Positions 10,352-21,700 of a stretch of DNA of 64,000 nucleotides are shown here, piece after piece. Positions within the stretch are counted from its first letter, which is position 1. The number at the start of each line of letters is the position of its first letter. The stretch spans positions 62,001 through 126,000 of the IMG/VR virus record IMGVR_UViG_3300032287_004484; one strand, 5' to 3'. The notes under the pieces are model-generated. The model saw only the letters and a list, made by a program, of their open reading frames with translations. It made no database searches and was not told the DNA's origin. Made by a program: the position numbers and the translations under genes.

Positions 10352-11314
10352 TTATTCAATTATAATTGGATAATTTCCTGATGGAAAAATATTATTAGGA
10401 TATATATCATTCCAATCAAAATATACTCCGACAAAATCATTAAAACCGTCTATTCCTGTAGTAGTTTGACTAGAGTAAAGAATGTTACTTCCATTATTAA
10501 TATCTATTTTTGAAAAAAAAGATGTTTTATTGTCCCTTACTGAAATTAAATAAGTATAATCAGGATTAGAGTTTTGAGGATAATAAAAAAACATCATACG
10601 TACTTGTTTATATGTATATGCTTTTTGATTTCTATAACTCAACACTCTTATTCTGAGAGATTTAAAAGCAGAATCACTTATAGAACCATATAAACCGCCA
10701 GCATCATTAGTCGTTATTCCAACATCGTCAAATCCATACAGAAGAGCTGCACCACTATCATAAGAAGAAGCAGTTATAGTAAAATATTTAAGTACAATTC
10801 TTATTCTAATAGTTGTTGAAGAACTACCAAAAGTATTATTTACTGTTATCGTATATGTATTATCATTTGATGCGCTAGGAGTAGTTCCGCTTATAATTCC
10901 ATTAGATGTATTAAAATTTAATCCAGAAGGTAAAGAAGGCGAAATGCTATATGTTAATGCTCCTACTCCATTACTTGTTAAAGTAGGAGTGTATGATACA
11001 GAAGTAGAAACTTGAGGTATCACATAATTAGAAGGATAAGATAATCCTTCTGGTTGTTGATAATTAAGCCATTGACTTTTTGTATTATCATATTTACTTT
11101 GTTTTGCTAATATTAAATTTTCATTATTAGTTCTTGTTTGTATATCACTAGATTGTATATGTCCGCTACTAACTAAACCAATATATTTAGTTTGTCCATT
11201 TACAACTATGTTAAATCTTCTATCTTGTCTAATAGAAGGACCATTTAAATCACTTATATTATCATAATATTGAATATTATAATTTATATTATTTTTTCTA
11301 TAATTAAGAGGCAC
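10352..11314 (-). CDS. Ig-domain fibre tip/adhesin
   Basis: YSISPSLPSGLNFNTSNGIISGT Ig motif; C-terminal domain ending PIIIE like those of 2768..5194 and 5216..8095; GTG start. Confidence 0.65.
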   Translation of the reverse strand: MPLNYRKNNINYNIQYYDNISDLNGPSIRQDRRFNIVVNGQTKYIGLVSSGHIQSSDIQTRTNNENLILAKQSKYDNTKSQWLNYQQPEGLSYPSNYVIPQVSTSVSYTPTLTSNGVGALTYSISPSLPSGLNFNTSNGIISGTTPSASNDNTYTITVNNTFGSSSTTIRIRIVLKYFTITASSYDSGAALLYGFDDVGITTNDAGGLYGSISDSAFKSLRIRVLSYRNQKAYTYKQVRMMFFYYPQNSNPDYTYLISVRDNKTSFFSKIDINNGSNILYSSQTTTGIDGFNDFVGVYFDWNDIYPNNIFPSGNYPIIIE

Positions 11315-11315
11315 T

Positions 11316-11585
11316 CTACGTTAACCATATTGATCCATTAGTTATACTTGTACCAGAACTTAATGGTATTGAAATAGTTTTTGTAAACTTTACATCTCCA
11401 TTAAAAGTATTAACACCGTTAAAAGTTCCCGAACTATTAAAAGTATTAACGTTATTAAACGTCCCTGAACTGTTGAATGCTACAGAATTATTAAAAGTTG
11501 ATCTTTCACTAAAAATTATTTCTTTTAATACAGAATAACTCCCACTTGAATTTAAACTTATTCCTCTAGATATTGATATTGGCAT
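11316..11585 (-). CDS. short fibre segment with hexapeptide repeats
   Basis: (S/V)x(T/A)FNx repeats with an 18-bp period; C-terminal NGSIW fibre motif. Confidence 0.6.
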   Translation of the reverse strand: MPISISRGISLNSSGSYSVLKEIIFSERSTFNNSVAFNSSGTFNNVNTFNSSGTFNGVNTFNGDVKFTKTISIPLSSGTSITNGSIWLT

Positions 11586-12764
11586 TTATATTTCCTTATA
11601 TATCCTAAGATTAACAGTATTTAGAGTTTTATTTTGAAAATAAACTAAATTATCTAATTTTAAATAAACATTTAATTTATCACTTGAATTTGCTGTTATA
11701 GTAACGTCATCACTGTTTGTATCAACCCTAACTAGAGGTTCACTTAAACCATTATTTTTTAAAGATATAGTTCCACTTATTGTTGGATTACTAATATCAA
11801 AGAAACGATATTGAGCTGATTCTTGCGTTATAAATAAAGATAATAAAGATATTTCACTATTAACTGTTAAAGAATATTCTTTTCTAGTAGAATAAAGATC
11901 ATATCCTGTAAAGAGATATTGTTTTAAATATTGAATTGTAATTTTAGAATTTAACGGAGGATAACCAGAAAAAGTAATTATATTATTATTAAGTGTAAAA
12001 GCATCTCCAGGTATTTGAAAAAGACCATTAATAAAAACAGTAGTAGTATCTATTGATGTTGGTATTTGTGATAATACATAAGTGTTTTGAGAACCAGTTC
12101 CAGTAAAAGTTTCTCTAATAATGCTTTGATTAGTTTTAATTTCTATATCAGCTACATTTAAATTTATAAAAGCTTTAGTTCTAGATATTGCTGTAAATAA
12201 CTTAACATTAGTTTTAAAATTAACTATTTTACCATTATTAGATGAAAGATAATAGTTTTGTCCTGGAATTAATCCGCTATAAGATTCACTATAATCTTTA
12301 AGTGAATTCCAGTTAGTAACTGGAAGATTTAATTCTCCTATTTTTATAGCAGTATAACTATTAGGTGTAGCACTTTGTTTTTTACTTATTACATACTGGG
12401 AATATTTTTCATTTTCACTAGAATTACCTAATTCATAATCATAAAAATTAACTGTACCTGAAGAAGTCGTGCTAGTATTTATTCCTGTTACAGATAGGGA
12501 CGTTCCATTTAATGCAATGTTAGTAAAATAATTATTAGATGGTATAGTAATATCAGAAAAATTCAAAAATAAACTTTTATAACCAGAAGTTAACGCTGAT
12601 GCTGATGTAATAGATGCTGTTTTATTACCAGAACTTCCACTTAATGTATAATTACCAAAACCAATCTGCTTATAATAAACAGGTGATCCTAATGGAAAAT
12701 CTTGAGAAGAAACAAATTTTATTGTTGCTCCAGTGTTATTAGTATTAATAAATTTTAATGCCAA
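11586..12764 (-). CDS. virion fibre/decoration protein with shared C-terminal module
   Basis: LIPGQNYYLS module, FTGTGSQNTY..VFINGLFQ module, C-terminus similar to that of 15766..22776. Confidence 0.6.
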   Translation of the reverse strand: MALKFINTNNTGATIKFVSSQDFPLGSPVYYKQIGFGNYTLSGSSGNKTASITSASALTSGYKSLFLNFSDITIPSNNYFTNIALNGTSLSVTGINTSTTSSGTVNFYDYELGNSSENEKYSQYVISKKQSATPNSYTAIKIGELNLPVTNWNSLKDYSESYSGLIPGQNYYLSSNNGKIVNFKTNVKLFTAISRTKAFINLNVADIEIKTNQSIIRETFTGTGSQNTYVLSQIPTSIDTTTVFINGLFQIPGDAFTLNNNIITFSGYPPLNSKITIQYLKQYLFTGYDLYSTRKEYSLTVNSEISLLSLFITQESAQYRFFDISNPTISGTISLKNNGLSEPLVRVDTNSDDVTITANSSDKLNVYLKLDNLVYFQNKTLNTVNLRIYKEI

Positions 12765-12768
12765 TTTT

Positions 12769-13509
12769 TTATCCTGTTAAATACCAAGAATTATTATAAA
12801 AATAAACTTCTTTATTACTTGATATATTTATTGAGCCTGAACTATTATTTATTAAAAAATTATTAGAAGTAAGATTTACTGTTCCAGAAGACAAGAGCAT
12901 TATTCTTATTCTATCAGAGTTTTTAACAGAATTTGGAAGAGTTAAATTTATAGTATTAACGTTATTAATTAATAAAATATCTCTCACTTTTAAATTTCTA
13001 TCTCCATCTATATATCTTGCTGAATCATTAAAAGATATATGAGAAGAATTGTTTCCTGTTCCACTGTATCCAGTAGTTCCAGAACAATATGGAAATAAAA
13101 TATTAATACTATCAAAATTAGTATTTAAAGTTATAAAATCAGGATAATAATTTATACCACTAACAATTGTTATCCCGGATGCAAAAGTACCATCTGGTTT
13201 ATCGCTAAATCTTAGAGTTAACGATTTTTGTGCAAGATCAGTGCAATCAAAATAATATTTTTGATTTTTTTCTAAATTAAATGTTATTTGTCCATCATTT
13301 CCAAGTTTAAGATTATTAAAATAAAAATTACTTCCACTTGCTGTTACATTAATTTTTTTATAAGAATCATATTCCCAAACATTTTGATTATTATTAGATG
13401 TTAGAGTTTGTCCAAATGGAATAGCATTAGGGACCTTATTTTTTAATGAATTAATTTCATTATCTTGAGATGTATTTGTTGTACTTAGATTAGTAAATTG
13501 GAAACTCAT
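12769..13509 (-). CDS. virion fibre protein (cupredoxin-like module + gp9/gp10-like repeat)
   Basis: LEKNQKYYFD..LRFSDKPDG..PYCSG and INLTLPNSVKNSDRIRI patterns seen in T4-like fibre proteins. Confidence 0.5.
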   Translation of the reverse strand: MSFQFTNLSTTNTSQDNEINSLKNKVPNAIPFGQTLTSNNNQNVWEYDSYKKINVTASGSNFYFNNLKLGNDGQITFNLEKNQKYYFDCTDLAQKSLTLRFSDKPDGTFASGITIVSGINYYPDFITLNTNFDSINILFPYCSGTTGYSGTGNNSSHISFNDSARYIDGDRNLKVRDILLINNVNTINLTLPNSVKNSDRIRIMLLSSGTVNLTSNNFLINNSSGSINISSNKEVYFYNNSWYLTG

Positions 13510-14801
13510 TTAATTTTTTTCCGATATATAATTATTTTTTTAGCACTTCCTAAATTATTTTTCATTTTTAAATTATTTCCATCCATAAAAAAGCAAAGAC
13601 CGCCACTAGAGTCAGAATCAAAAACTACATCAGATGAACTTTCAATTAACCCTTCTGTTGGTGTTGAATTATAAATATATCCACTAAAAGTTGTTAAATT
13701 AGGATCATCTTGAACAAAACCATCTAATTTATAAGAGAAACCTTCATTTAAATTAACTGATGAGCCATTATTTAATTCATATATTTTTTTCTCACTGAAT
13801 CTTTCATATTCAGTTTCTGGTATCATAAAAATACTATTTGTTGTAATTGCTAAATATGTTTTTTTATTTATAATTCCTGGTGAACTCGTTACGAATCCAG
13901 GATTAGTATCGCTTAAATAATATAGTGTCCCTGGTACTATTGGATTAACTCCATCAATTAATACTACTCCAGTAAATTCTACTTGTCCAGAAAATGCTAT
14001 TTTTATTTTATTTGTTGTTACCGAGGTAACAATTCCAATCATTTTTATATCTGAATTATCAGATATAGCTTTTTGCCAATAATTATTTTTATAATAAACA
14101 ATATTATTTACAGTAAACGGATTAGTTCCACCACTATAGTTATTAAGATTAAGTGTAACCTCTAATTCATAATTACCACTTCCACCACTAGATCCTGAAT
14201 AATTAAGAACTAACCAGTCTCCTTGTATGCTAGTATTTGAAATTAATATTAATCCTAAACTTTGTTTTGATTTTACTTGAAAATAACTTGAAGTATCATC
14301 ATGTTTATAAATCCTTATATCAGATTCACTATCGTTTAAAAAAGTAAATTGTCTTGCTACATTTAAAGTTTGAGCGTTTGGAAGATTAATATTTTTAAAT
14401 GCATCGTTAGAAAAACCAGAAAAATAAATTTTGTCAGAAACAGTATTCAAAAGATTTTGTGTTATTGGAGAAGAAATATTTATTTTTAAAAAGTTTTCAG
14501 CGTCAAATACTTTAATAAAGTTAGGAGAGTCTGCTTGAAAATTATTTGATATAAAAGATATTGTTGAAAACCAAATAGAATTATTATATATAAATAATTC
14601 GTGTTGACCAAGTAATAAACCAGAATTCCAACTTCTTAATCTTAATGATTCTTGTAATGATTCAGAACTGGCTTTTTGCCATCCAGTTCCAAAATTTCTA
14701 AAATGTAAAACACCATTAATGGATCGAAATTCAACTTTTTTTTCTCCAGCACCTAAAGAAAAACTTTCAGAACTTGTTCCTAAAACATCTAATAATTTCA
14801 T
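13506..14801 (-). CDS. virion fibre protein, paralogue of 14802..15740
   Basis: Shared GT(S/T)SExFxxGxG..VxxRxIxGxLxFxNFG N-terminus; PGTLYYLS module. Confidence 0.6.
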   Translation of the reverse strand: MKLLDVLGTSSESFSLGAGEKKVEFRSINGVLHFRNFGTGWQKASSESLQESLRLRSWNSGLLLGQHELFIYNNSIWFSTISFISNNFQADSPNFIKVFDAENFLKINISSPITQNLLNTVSDKIYFSGFSNDAFKNINLPNAQTLNVARQFTFLNDSESDIRIYKHDDTSSYFQVKSKQSLGLILISNTSIQGDWLVLNYSGSSGGSGNYELEVTLNLNNYSGGTNPFTVNNIVYYKNNYWQKAISDNSDIKMIGIVTSVTTNKIKIAFSGQVEFTGVVLIDGVNPIVPGTLYYLSDTNPGFVTSSPGIINKKTYLAITTNSIFMIPETEYERFSEKKIYELNNGSSVNLNEGFSYKLDGFVQDDPNLTTFSGYIYNSTPTEGLIESSSDVVFDSDSSGGLCFFMDGNNLKMKNNLGSAKKIIIYRKKIK

Positions 14802-15740
14802 TTATATTCCTTGTTGATATAAACTATGAAAAACTATTTCTCTATTAATTCCTGTTCTATTTTTAAGATATAAATCATTATTAATATTAAAAATACAAAA
14901 ATAACTTAATGTATCACCACTTACTATTTTATCACTAAAAGTTATGATTTTACAATCTCCTCCGCCAGTGACCCAATAAATATCACCATTTAAATTAGCA
15001 TCGAAATTATCAAAAAAACTATATTTACCTGCTTTATCTATTGGAAAAATACCGCTTGCTCCAATAAATTTATAGCTTTGATTATTTTGAAAAATTATTT
15101 TTTTAACTTCTAATCCAAAATTAATTTGATCTCCAGCAACTGATAAACTAGTCCAAATAGGTGCTGTTATATATTCTAAAAAAACTAAAATTTTATTTTC
15201 ATTTGGATTAATAATAGTTATTAAAGCATTACTACTTGTATATACATTAATTATTTTTGAAGAATTATTTTGGATAGTGTACTGTGATCCAACAGATATT
15301 TGTGTTGGTTCAGGCATTTTAAGATAAAAATTTCCTGTTCCTAACCCGTAAAGGTGTACAAAATTAGACGATAATAAATCTAATTGAAAAGGGTTGTCTT
15401 TATATAAAGAAACATCAACCTTTGTTAAAGTATTAATGTTAGTTATTCTTCTATAATAATCATTAGTATTAATAAAAAAACTTTCAGAAGTATGATTTCC
15501 AATTACTTGAAATAAATTTTCATTATAATATATTAAGTCACCTTCACTATAATAAGTATTAGATGCCCAAGATATTGGTGATAAAGTTATAGTTGCATCA
15601 GAAGATAATAATTCTTTATATGCGTCTCCAAAATTTTTAAAATATAATTTACCCTCAATAACTCTTAGATCAACAGCATTAGTTCCTTCGCCTATTCTAA
15701 AAACCTCTGATGTTGTTCCAGTAATATTTATTGCTTTCAT
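14802..15740 (-). CDS. virion fibre protein with CBM5/12-like module
   Basis: SWASNTYYSEGDLIYYNENLFQVIGNHTS resembles a carbohydrate-binding module; paralogous to 13506..14801. Confidence 0.6.
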   Translation of the reverse strand: MKAINITGTTSEVFRIGEGTNAVDLRVIEGKLYFKNFGDAYKELLSSDATITLSPISWASNTYYSEGDLIYYNENLFQVIGNHTSESFFINTNDYYRRITNINTLTKVDVSLYKDNPFQLDLLSSNFVHLYGLGTGNFYLKMPEPTQISVGSQYTIQNNSSKIINVYTSSNALITIINPNENKILVFLEYITAPIWTSLSVAGDQINFGLEVKKIIFQNNQSYKFIGASGIFPIDKAGKYSFFDNFDANLNGDIYWVTGGGDCKIITFSDKIVSGDTLSYFCIFNINNDLYLKNRTGINREIVFHSLYQQGI

Positions 15741-15765
15741 ATATTATATATTTTATACCTAATCT

Positions 15766-18700
15766 TTAATTTTCTTTATAAAATCTTAAATTCATAATAT
15801 TTCCAGTATTATTTTGAAATGTAACATAATTAGTTGCACTTGAAATATAAATATTGAATTTATTAGCTGTTCCAGGATTTTTAGAAATATTTGAACTACT
15901 TGTATCTAATGTAATAATTGGTTCTAAAGTATTATTACTGACTACTTTTAACGCCATTACAACATTTATAGTAGGATCATTTAAATCAAAAATACGATAT
16001 ATTCCAGTTTCTTGTGACCCAAAAACATCATATATATCTTTAGAAAAACCATTATTTAGATTAACATCTATTTTATTATATTGTAAAAATTTAATTTCTT
16101 CTGTGTTTAAAATATCATCTTTTATTTGATTATAAATTGGTGAATTAGAACTTGTTTGAATATTAGTTATATAATTTTTACCGACTAATTGAGAGCAACC
16201 CCAAGGATCCCCATCAAAACCATGCTGATAATATTTTAGTTTATTAGTAGATGAATCAAAAAATAACCAATAAAAATATCCAAATTTACTAATATTAACA
16301 TTACTTCTTAAAGACGTTCTAATATCAAATGGTAAATCAAACGGTATTCCTAAACGATGTAAGTTACCATCTGGATTAAACAGCATAGTATATAATTTAT
16401 TAGTATTTTTTTCATATCCTATAACCGTACTCCATCCTTCAATTAATTTTGAAGATCCTAATAAAATCCAAGAACTTGAACTTAATTGATTTTCAATTTC
16501 ATTATTAGTTCCAGTTATTATACTGTTTGTACTATCAACTAAACATTTATTTATTTTTTTAGTAATAGGATCTATCCAAATATATAGTAAATTATCTCCA
16601 TATTCTATAACTTGTAAATAAATTTGCTGTAAATTACTATTGCTTTCAAAACTTATTTCATTGTCATACCATTTAGAACTTGGAAATACTCTTGATCTTG
16701 AAATAACAAAATTCCTTAATTTAACTTTTAATTCTGAACTTTTATTTTTATGATAATAATAAATTACTGTAAAAGAATCTTTAGAAATAGATACTAAGTG
16801 TGCTGATATTAATAACTTTTCACTTCTAAATATTTTATCATCGTCAATATATTCACTATCTAAATTAAAAGATGGAATAGAATATACTGGATAATTTTTA
16901 ACTATTTGTCCTTTCCAGTTTATTCCACCTATTTTTATAGAATTGTTTAAATATAATCTTTGACGATTAGCAGAATCTGATAAAGAATCTTCTTTTACTG
17001 TTAAGACTCTTTCATATTCAATTTTATCTGTAAAAGATAATGAAATAGTTTTTGAATATAATTTATTAATTGTTCCACTAGAAGATGTAAATGTAGAATA
17101 ATAATCATCTATATCATCACTTTTTATTGTATAAAATCTATTTCCAAGAGATGTTTCATTAAAAGTTGTTTTTGGAACAGTATCAATAATAGCATAATTA
17201 TCTTTATTAAAGAAAACTACATTGTGATAATTTGAAGATCCAGATGAATTATTATAAAATAAAAGTAAAGATTCGTCATATGATGAATTAAATGGTTGTG
17301 GTTCATCTAATAATTTGAATGTTCCAGATGCTGATATAAATGTTCCAGATGCTGACATAGTAAAGAAGGTTGAACCTTCAACTAAAGTGTTATTAAAATT
17401 TACATCATAATAATCTCCTGATCCACTAGAGTTTCCAAAAATAAAATATCTATTATCTAAATTTTTATCTTTAACAAAATTAATACCACTATATGCTCTA
17501 TTAGAATTAATAGGCGATGAAAAATTAATTGAAGATAAATTTGTAAAGTTTAATTCTCCTTGTGAATCAAATAAAGAATTCGATAAATTTAAAGCACCTA
17601 TATTAGTTCCACTGCTTGAAGGATATACTAAATATCCATAATTATCTTTTTTAATAAACGAAACTGTATAATCGTATTCAACTCCACTTAAAGAATTTAT
17701 TGCTGGATTATAAATTTTTGCATTACTTGTATAATTAGTTCCAAATGGTGTACCAAAATCATTAGATGTTAATAAAGGAAGTAAACTTATTCCATGAATA
17801 TTATATTTTTTAGTGTTTGTTTTTAAAACTACTCCGATAACATTAGAGTCTAAATTAACGTCTATGATCTTTCCAAAATTTTTACTATAATTAGCTGATG
17901 GAGAAATTGTTACTTTATTAGGTGATTTTGTGATTGAACCAGTTGATGATATTTTTATAAATTCTACATAAATATTACTAGAATCACTCCATACAATTAA
18001 AAGAACTTTTAATACATCTTTATTAACAAAATACGTATCTAATATTTTTCCATTTGATAAAGATATACCATCTAAAGCAGTATAATAAGAATTTAATTGA
18101 TGTACATCTTTTTTTATTGTAGATACAATACTTATATTATAAGTAGTCACTGTTGTTTGTCTTAATAATAAATAATTATTATTATCAAAAAGGTGACTTT
18201 GAAAAAAATAATTATTTGTATAATTTGATATTTCAAAATTATTATTTTTATTAATGTTTTTAATAAAATTAGGTCTAAAATTATAAACAGAATATTTATA
18301 CGAATTGTCACTATTTATGTAAGTAATAAAAACAGTTGATTGTCCAGCTGATAATAAATTTAAATTGGTGATATTAGTTAATGTATCTTCAAATGAATTA
18401 TATAATTGTCCACCATCATTGTAAAAAGCCTTTAAATTTATTTTTCCATTTTTAGTATATGAAACTATAAAAATATCTTCATTTAGAATACACGTTCCTA
18501 TACTTTCAATTTTCGTTGTTAAACCTTGTTCAACGTAAATTGGAATTGATAGTGATTTAGATGCATTAATAGACGTAGATTGTGGATATTTCCAATTTTT
18601 TTCCCAAGAATCTAAAATAACTAATTTAAGATCATATTTTTCCGCAATACCTTTATCTAAAAATAAAATTGCTATGTCATTATTATCTAATTCAATTAAT

Positions 18701-21700
18701 TTAATTATATTACCAGTAATAGTTATGTGATTAGTTGTTAAAGTTCTATAATCTATTGTTTCATTATCGTCAAAAAACTGTAATTTTCCATCTTGATCAA
18801 ATATTTTTATCTTAGAGCCGTAAATATTAGAATAAGCCACCATAAAAGAATTTGTAGAAAATTTACAAATTGAAGGATAAGTTGATAATGTGTTTTCACT
18901 ATCAATAATTTTAATATCAGTAATTGTTACTTGTTTTAAAGGAGAATAATTGTAAGTAATTAATCCAATTTCCGTAATTGATCTTTGATAAACTATTCCT
19001 ATTCTATTAATTCCTATATCTCCTATTTCAAATATAAAAGGAGAAGCTATTGGAAAGTCTGGATTACCAATTACTGCTGCTGAATTTTCTAAATAATTTC
19101 CACTAGTATCATATAATTTAATTTTTATATAATATTGGTTATTTACCTGAATTACATATCCAACGGCAAAATATTTTTCGTTAAAATTACACGCTCTTAT
19201 TTCTGAACACTCAATATCTTCTACTAATATTTCATTAGCAACTTGAACAAGATCAAGGGCCCCTAAATCTGATGTATCTTCAGATTTAACAAAGTTAATA
19301 ATTTTTATTTTTGGTCTAGATCCATTATAACTTTTAAAAGCAGTAATTGAAGAATTATTTATAAATAAAGTAGATCTTTTTATTTCAGAATCATAATTAC
19401 CTATGATTGGAAATAAATTATCACTTAAACCTAAAGTTGTTCCTTCTGAGTTTTGCGCTCTTAAAAATTCATAAAATTTATATTTTGTTATTTCTGATTT
19501 TAAATATAAAGAATTTTCTTTATATTTAACAGAATCTAAAACTAATGATTTACTTAAATATTTTTCTGATATTATTTTTGTGACACTTTTATTAGAATTT
19601 ATATCATTTAAATCTTTATCTAATAATTTAATGAATTCTCTTTGTCTTAATCTTCTTTTTATATCTAAATTACAATAACTAACATAAGATGCAAATTCAT
19701 AATCCTTTTTTCTTAATAATCCATATAATGCCATATTTTGTTCAAAAGGCATAGGATATAAATAATTCCATCTACTATTTACTAAATAATTTATATCGTA
19801 TAATCCAGTATCAATACTCATTTCTGATTTTTCATTTGGTGTTTCAAAAATTAATTTTTTTCTATAAAAATCAGATACTGAACTAAAAAACCCATCATTA
19901 GTTGGAACGAAAGATTCATCAAAAAAGTTAATTCCTATAAATGGTAATGTATTAGCACTAGCACCTGGACTATAATCTAAGAAATCAAAATCATTAACAA
20001 GAGTTCCTTCTGTAAAATCTTCAGTTGAATTTAAATCTTTTTCTAAAGATAAATTTTCTAATAAAATATTATCATTTCCAATATAAATTGGTTTATCATA
20101 TAAGTGATTGCTAAATTTAACAATATATTTTTCTTCATCAAAAGAAAAATTAGTAAATTCTGGATCTTTATAAACGATATTATACGAATCATTAATATTT
20201 ACTGTTATAGGTCCAGAAAAACCAAAGTTTTCATTGCTTATTAATCCATTTACTTTCCATGCTTTTTCAACTTCATTTTCTTTTTGTAATTTATAATTTA
20301 TATCAGATATTTTATCTTGTAAATTAATCTTTAATTGATCGTTTATATCTGTGTGTTTAATTGAAAAATCAGTGCTATTTCCATCTATAACGTCATATTT
20401 ATTATATGAAACAAAAACTCTTCTAGGTATAGCGTCTGGATGAAATTTAAATACTCCTACATGCACATCTAAGAATACTTCATCTAATTGTTGAGAATTA
20501 GTTGTTATTTGATCTAAAGCTCTTGCTAATATTTGATATTTTACTGGACGAAAATGAGGAGCTTCTGCTCTAGCATTTCTTTGTACATTTATATCTCCAA
20601 ATTCATCTTCTATTAAAATGTTATCTGGATAATTACCTGAAATAGTTCTATAAAATATTTCTATAAATGAAGATGACGAATTGCTTTCTCCTAATAAATC
20701 TTCTGTAACTATATATGGAGTCCCTTGTTGTAATCCGTTTATAGATAAATCATTATAACCTTTTAAACTTAAAAAATACCATTTAGATGATTCTATTTTT
20801 GGTATTTGAGTTAAAATTTCAGTGTCAGGATATAATAAAGAAACTTTAGAATAAATGCTTTGTTCTCCAAAAGATCCATTTATTCCGCTTAAAACTTGAC
20901 TTTTTATTAATTCTGATTCTATAGTATATTGAGAATCACTTATTGCTTGAGGAATATTTTTAAAAATTATAAATTCAGATGTAGTATCTATATCTTTAAA
21001 TAAACCAGATATTGTTAATTCATCTTGTGTAACATTAATTATTTTACCTATTTGTAAATTTCCTTGTCCCTGAGAAATAAGTATAAAATCTTTTCTAGTT
21101 ACTGTCTGTATTCCTATAGTAGTAAAATCATTAATATCATCAGTTCTTATTATTTTTATATATTTAGTATTAATGTCAGGAGTATCTGTAAATGAAACCT
21201 TTAAGTTATCAGTTAATTGATCATAAGATGTTATTTTGTAAGTAATACCTTCTTGTCCAATAGATATTGAATTGTTTTTAATTCCTATGTTAAAAGATAT
21301 AACATCTACAAATTTTAATCCAAAAATATTATTTTGAATTTCATTTAAAATAAAAGGTATATTAGTTAAATTACCTTCGCTAATATCTGTATAATCATGT
21401 GGTATATTAGTTTCACCATAGTTAATTAATTTAGTTTCATTATAATCATATCCAAGAACTGGATCAGTAATTTTACCTTGTCCTTCTTCCCAATCTAATA
21501 ATCTTCCTTTTATATCAACAAGATGAATCTTATCGTTTGTTTTAATTGAAAAATAACTGTTATAGTGATTTATAGGAGCCCTTAAAATATTTTGAATTCC
21601 ACCAGTTATTCCTGCAATTGAGGTTATATTTTCTATTGAATCTACAACTATTGAAGTAGCATTATCACTTGTTTTATAAACTAAAATAGATAAAACACCT

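Noticed and set aside
2768-11314. Diversity-generating retroelement or invertible fibre cassette
   Set aside because: No reverse transcriptase or recombinase in the window; the 64-bp repeat is exact, direct and intragenic with no adenine-specific variation
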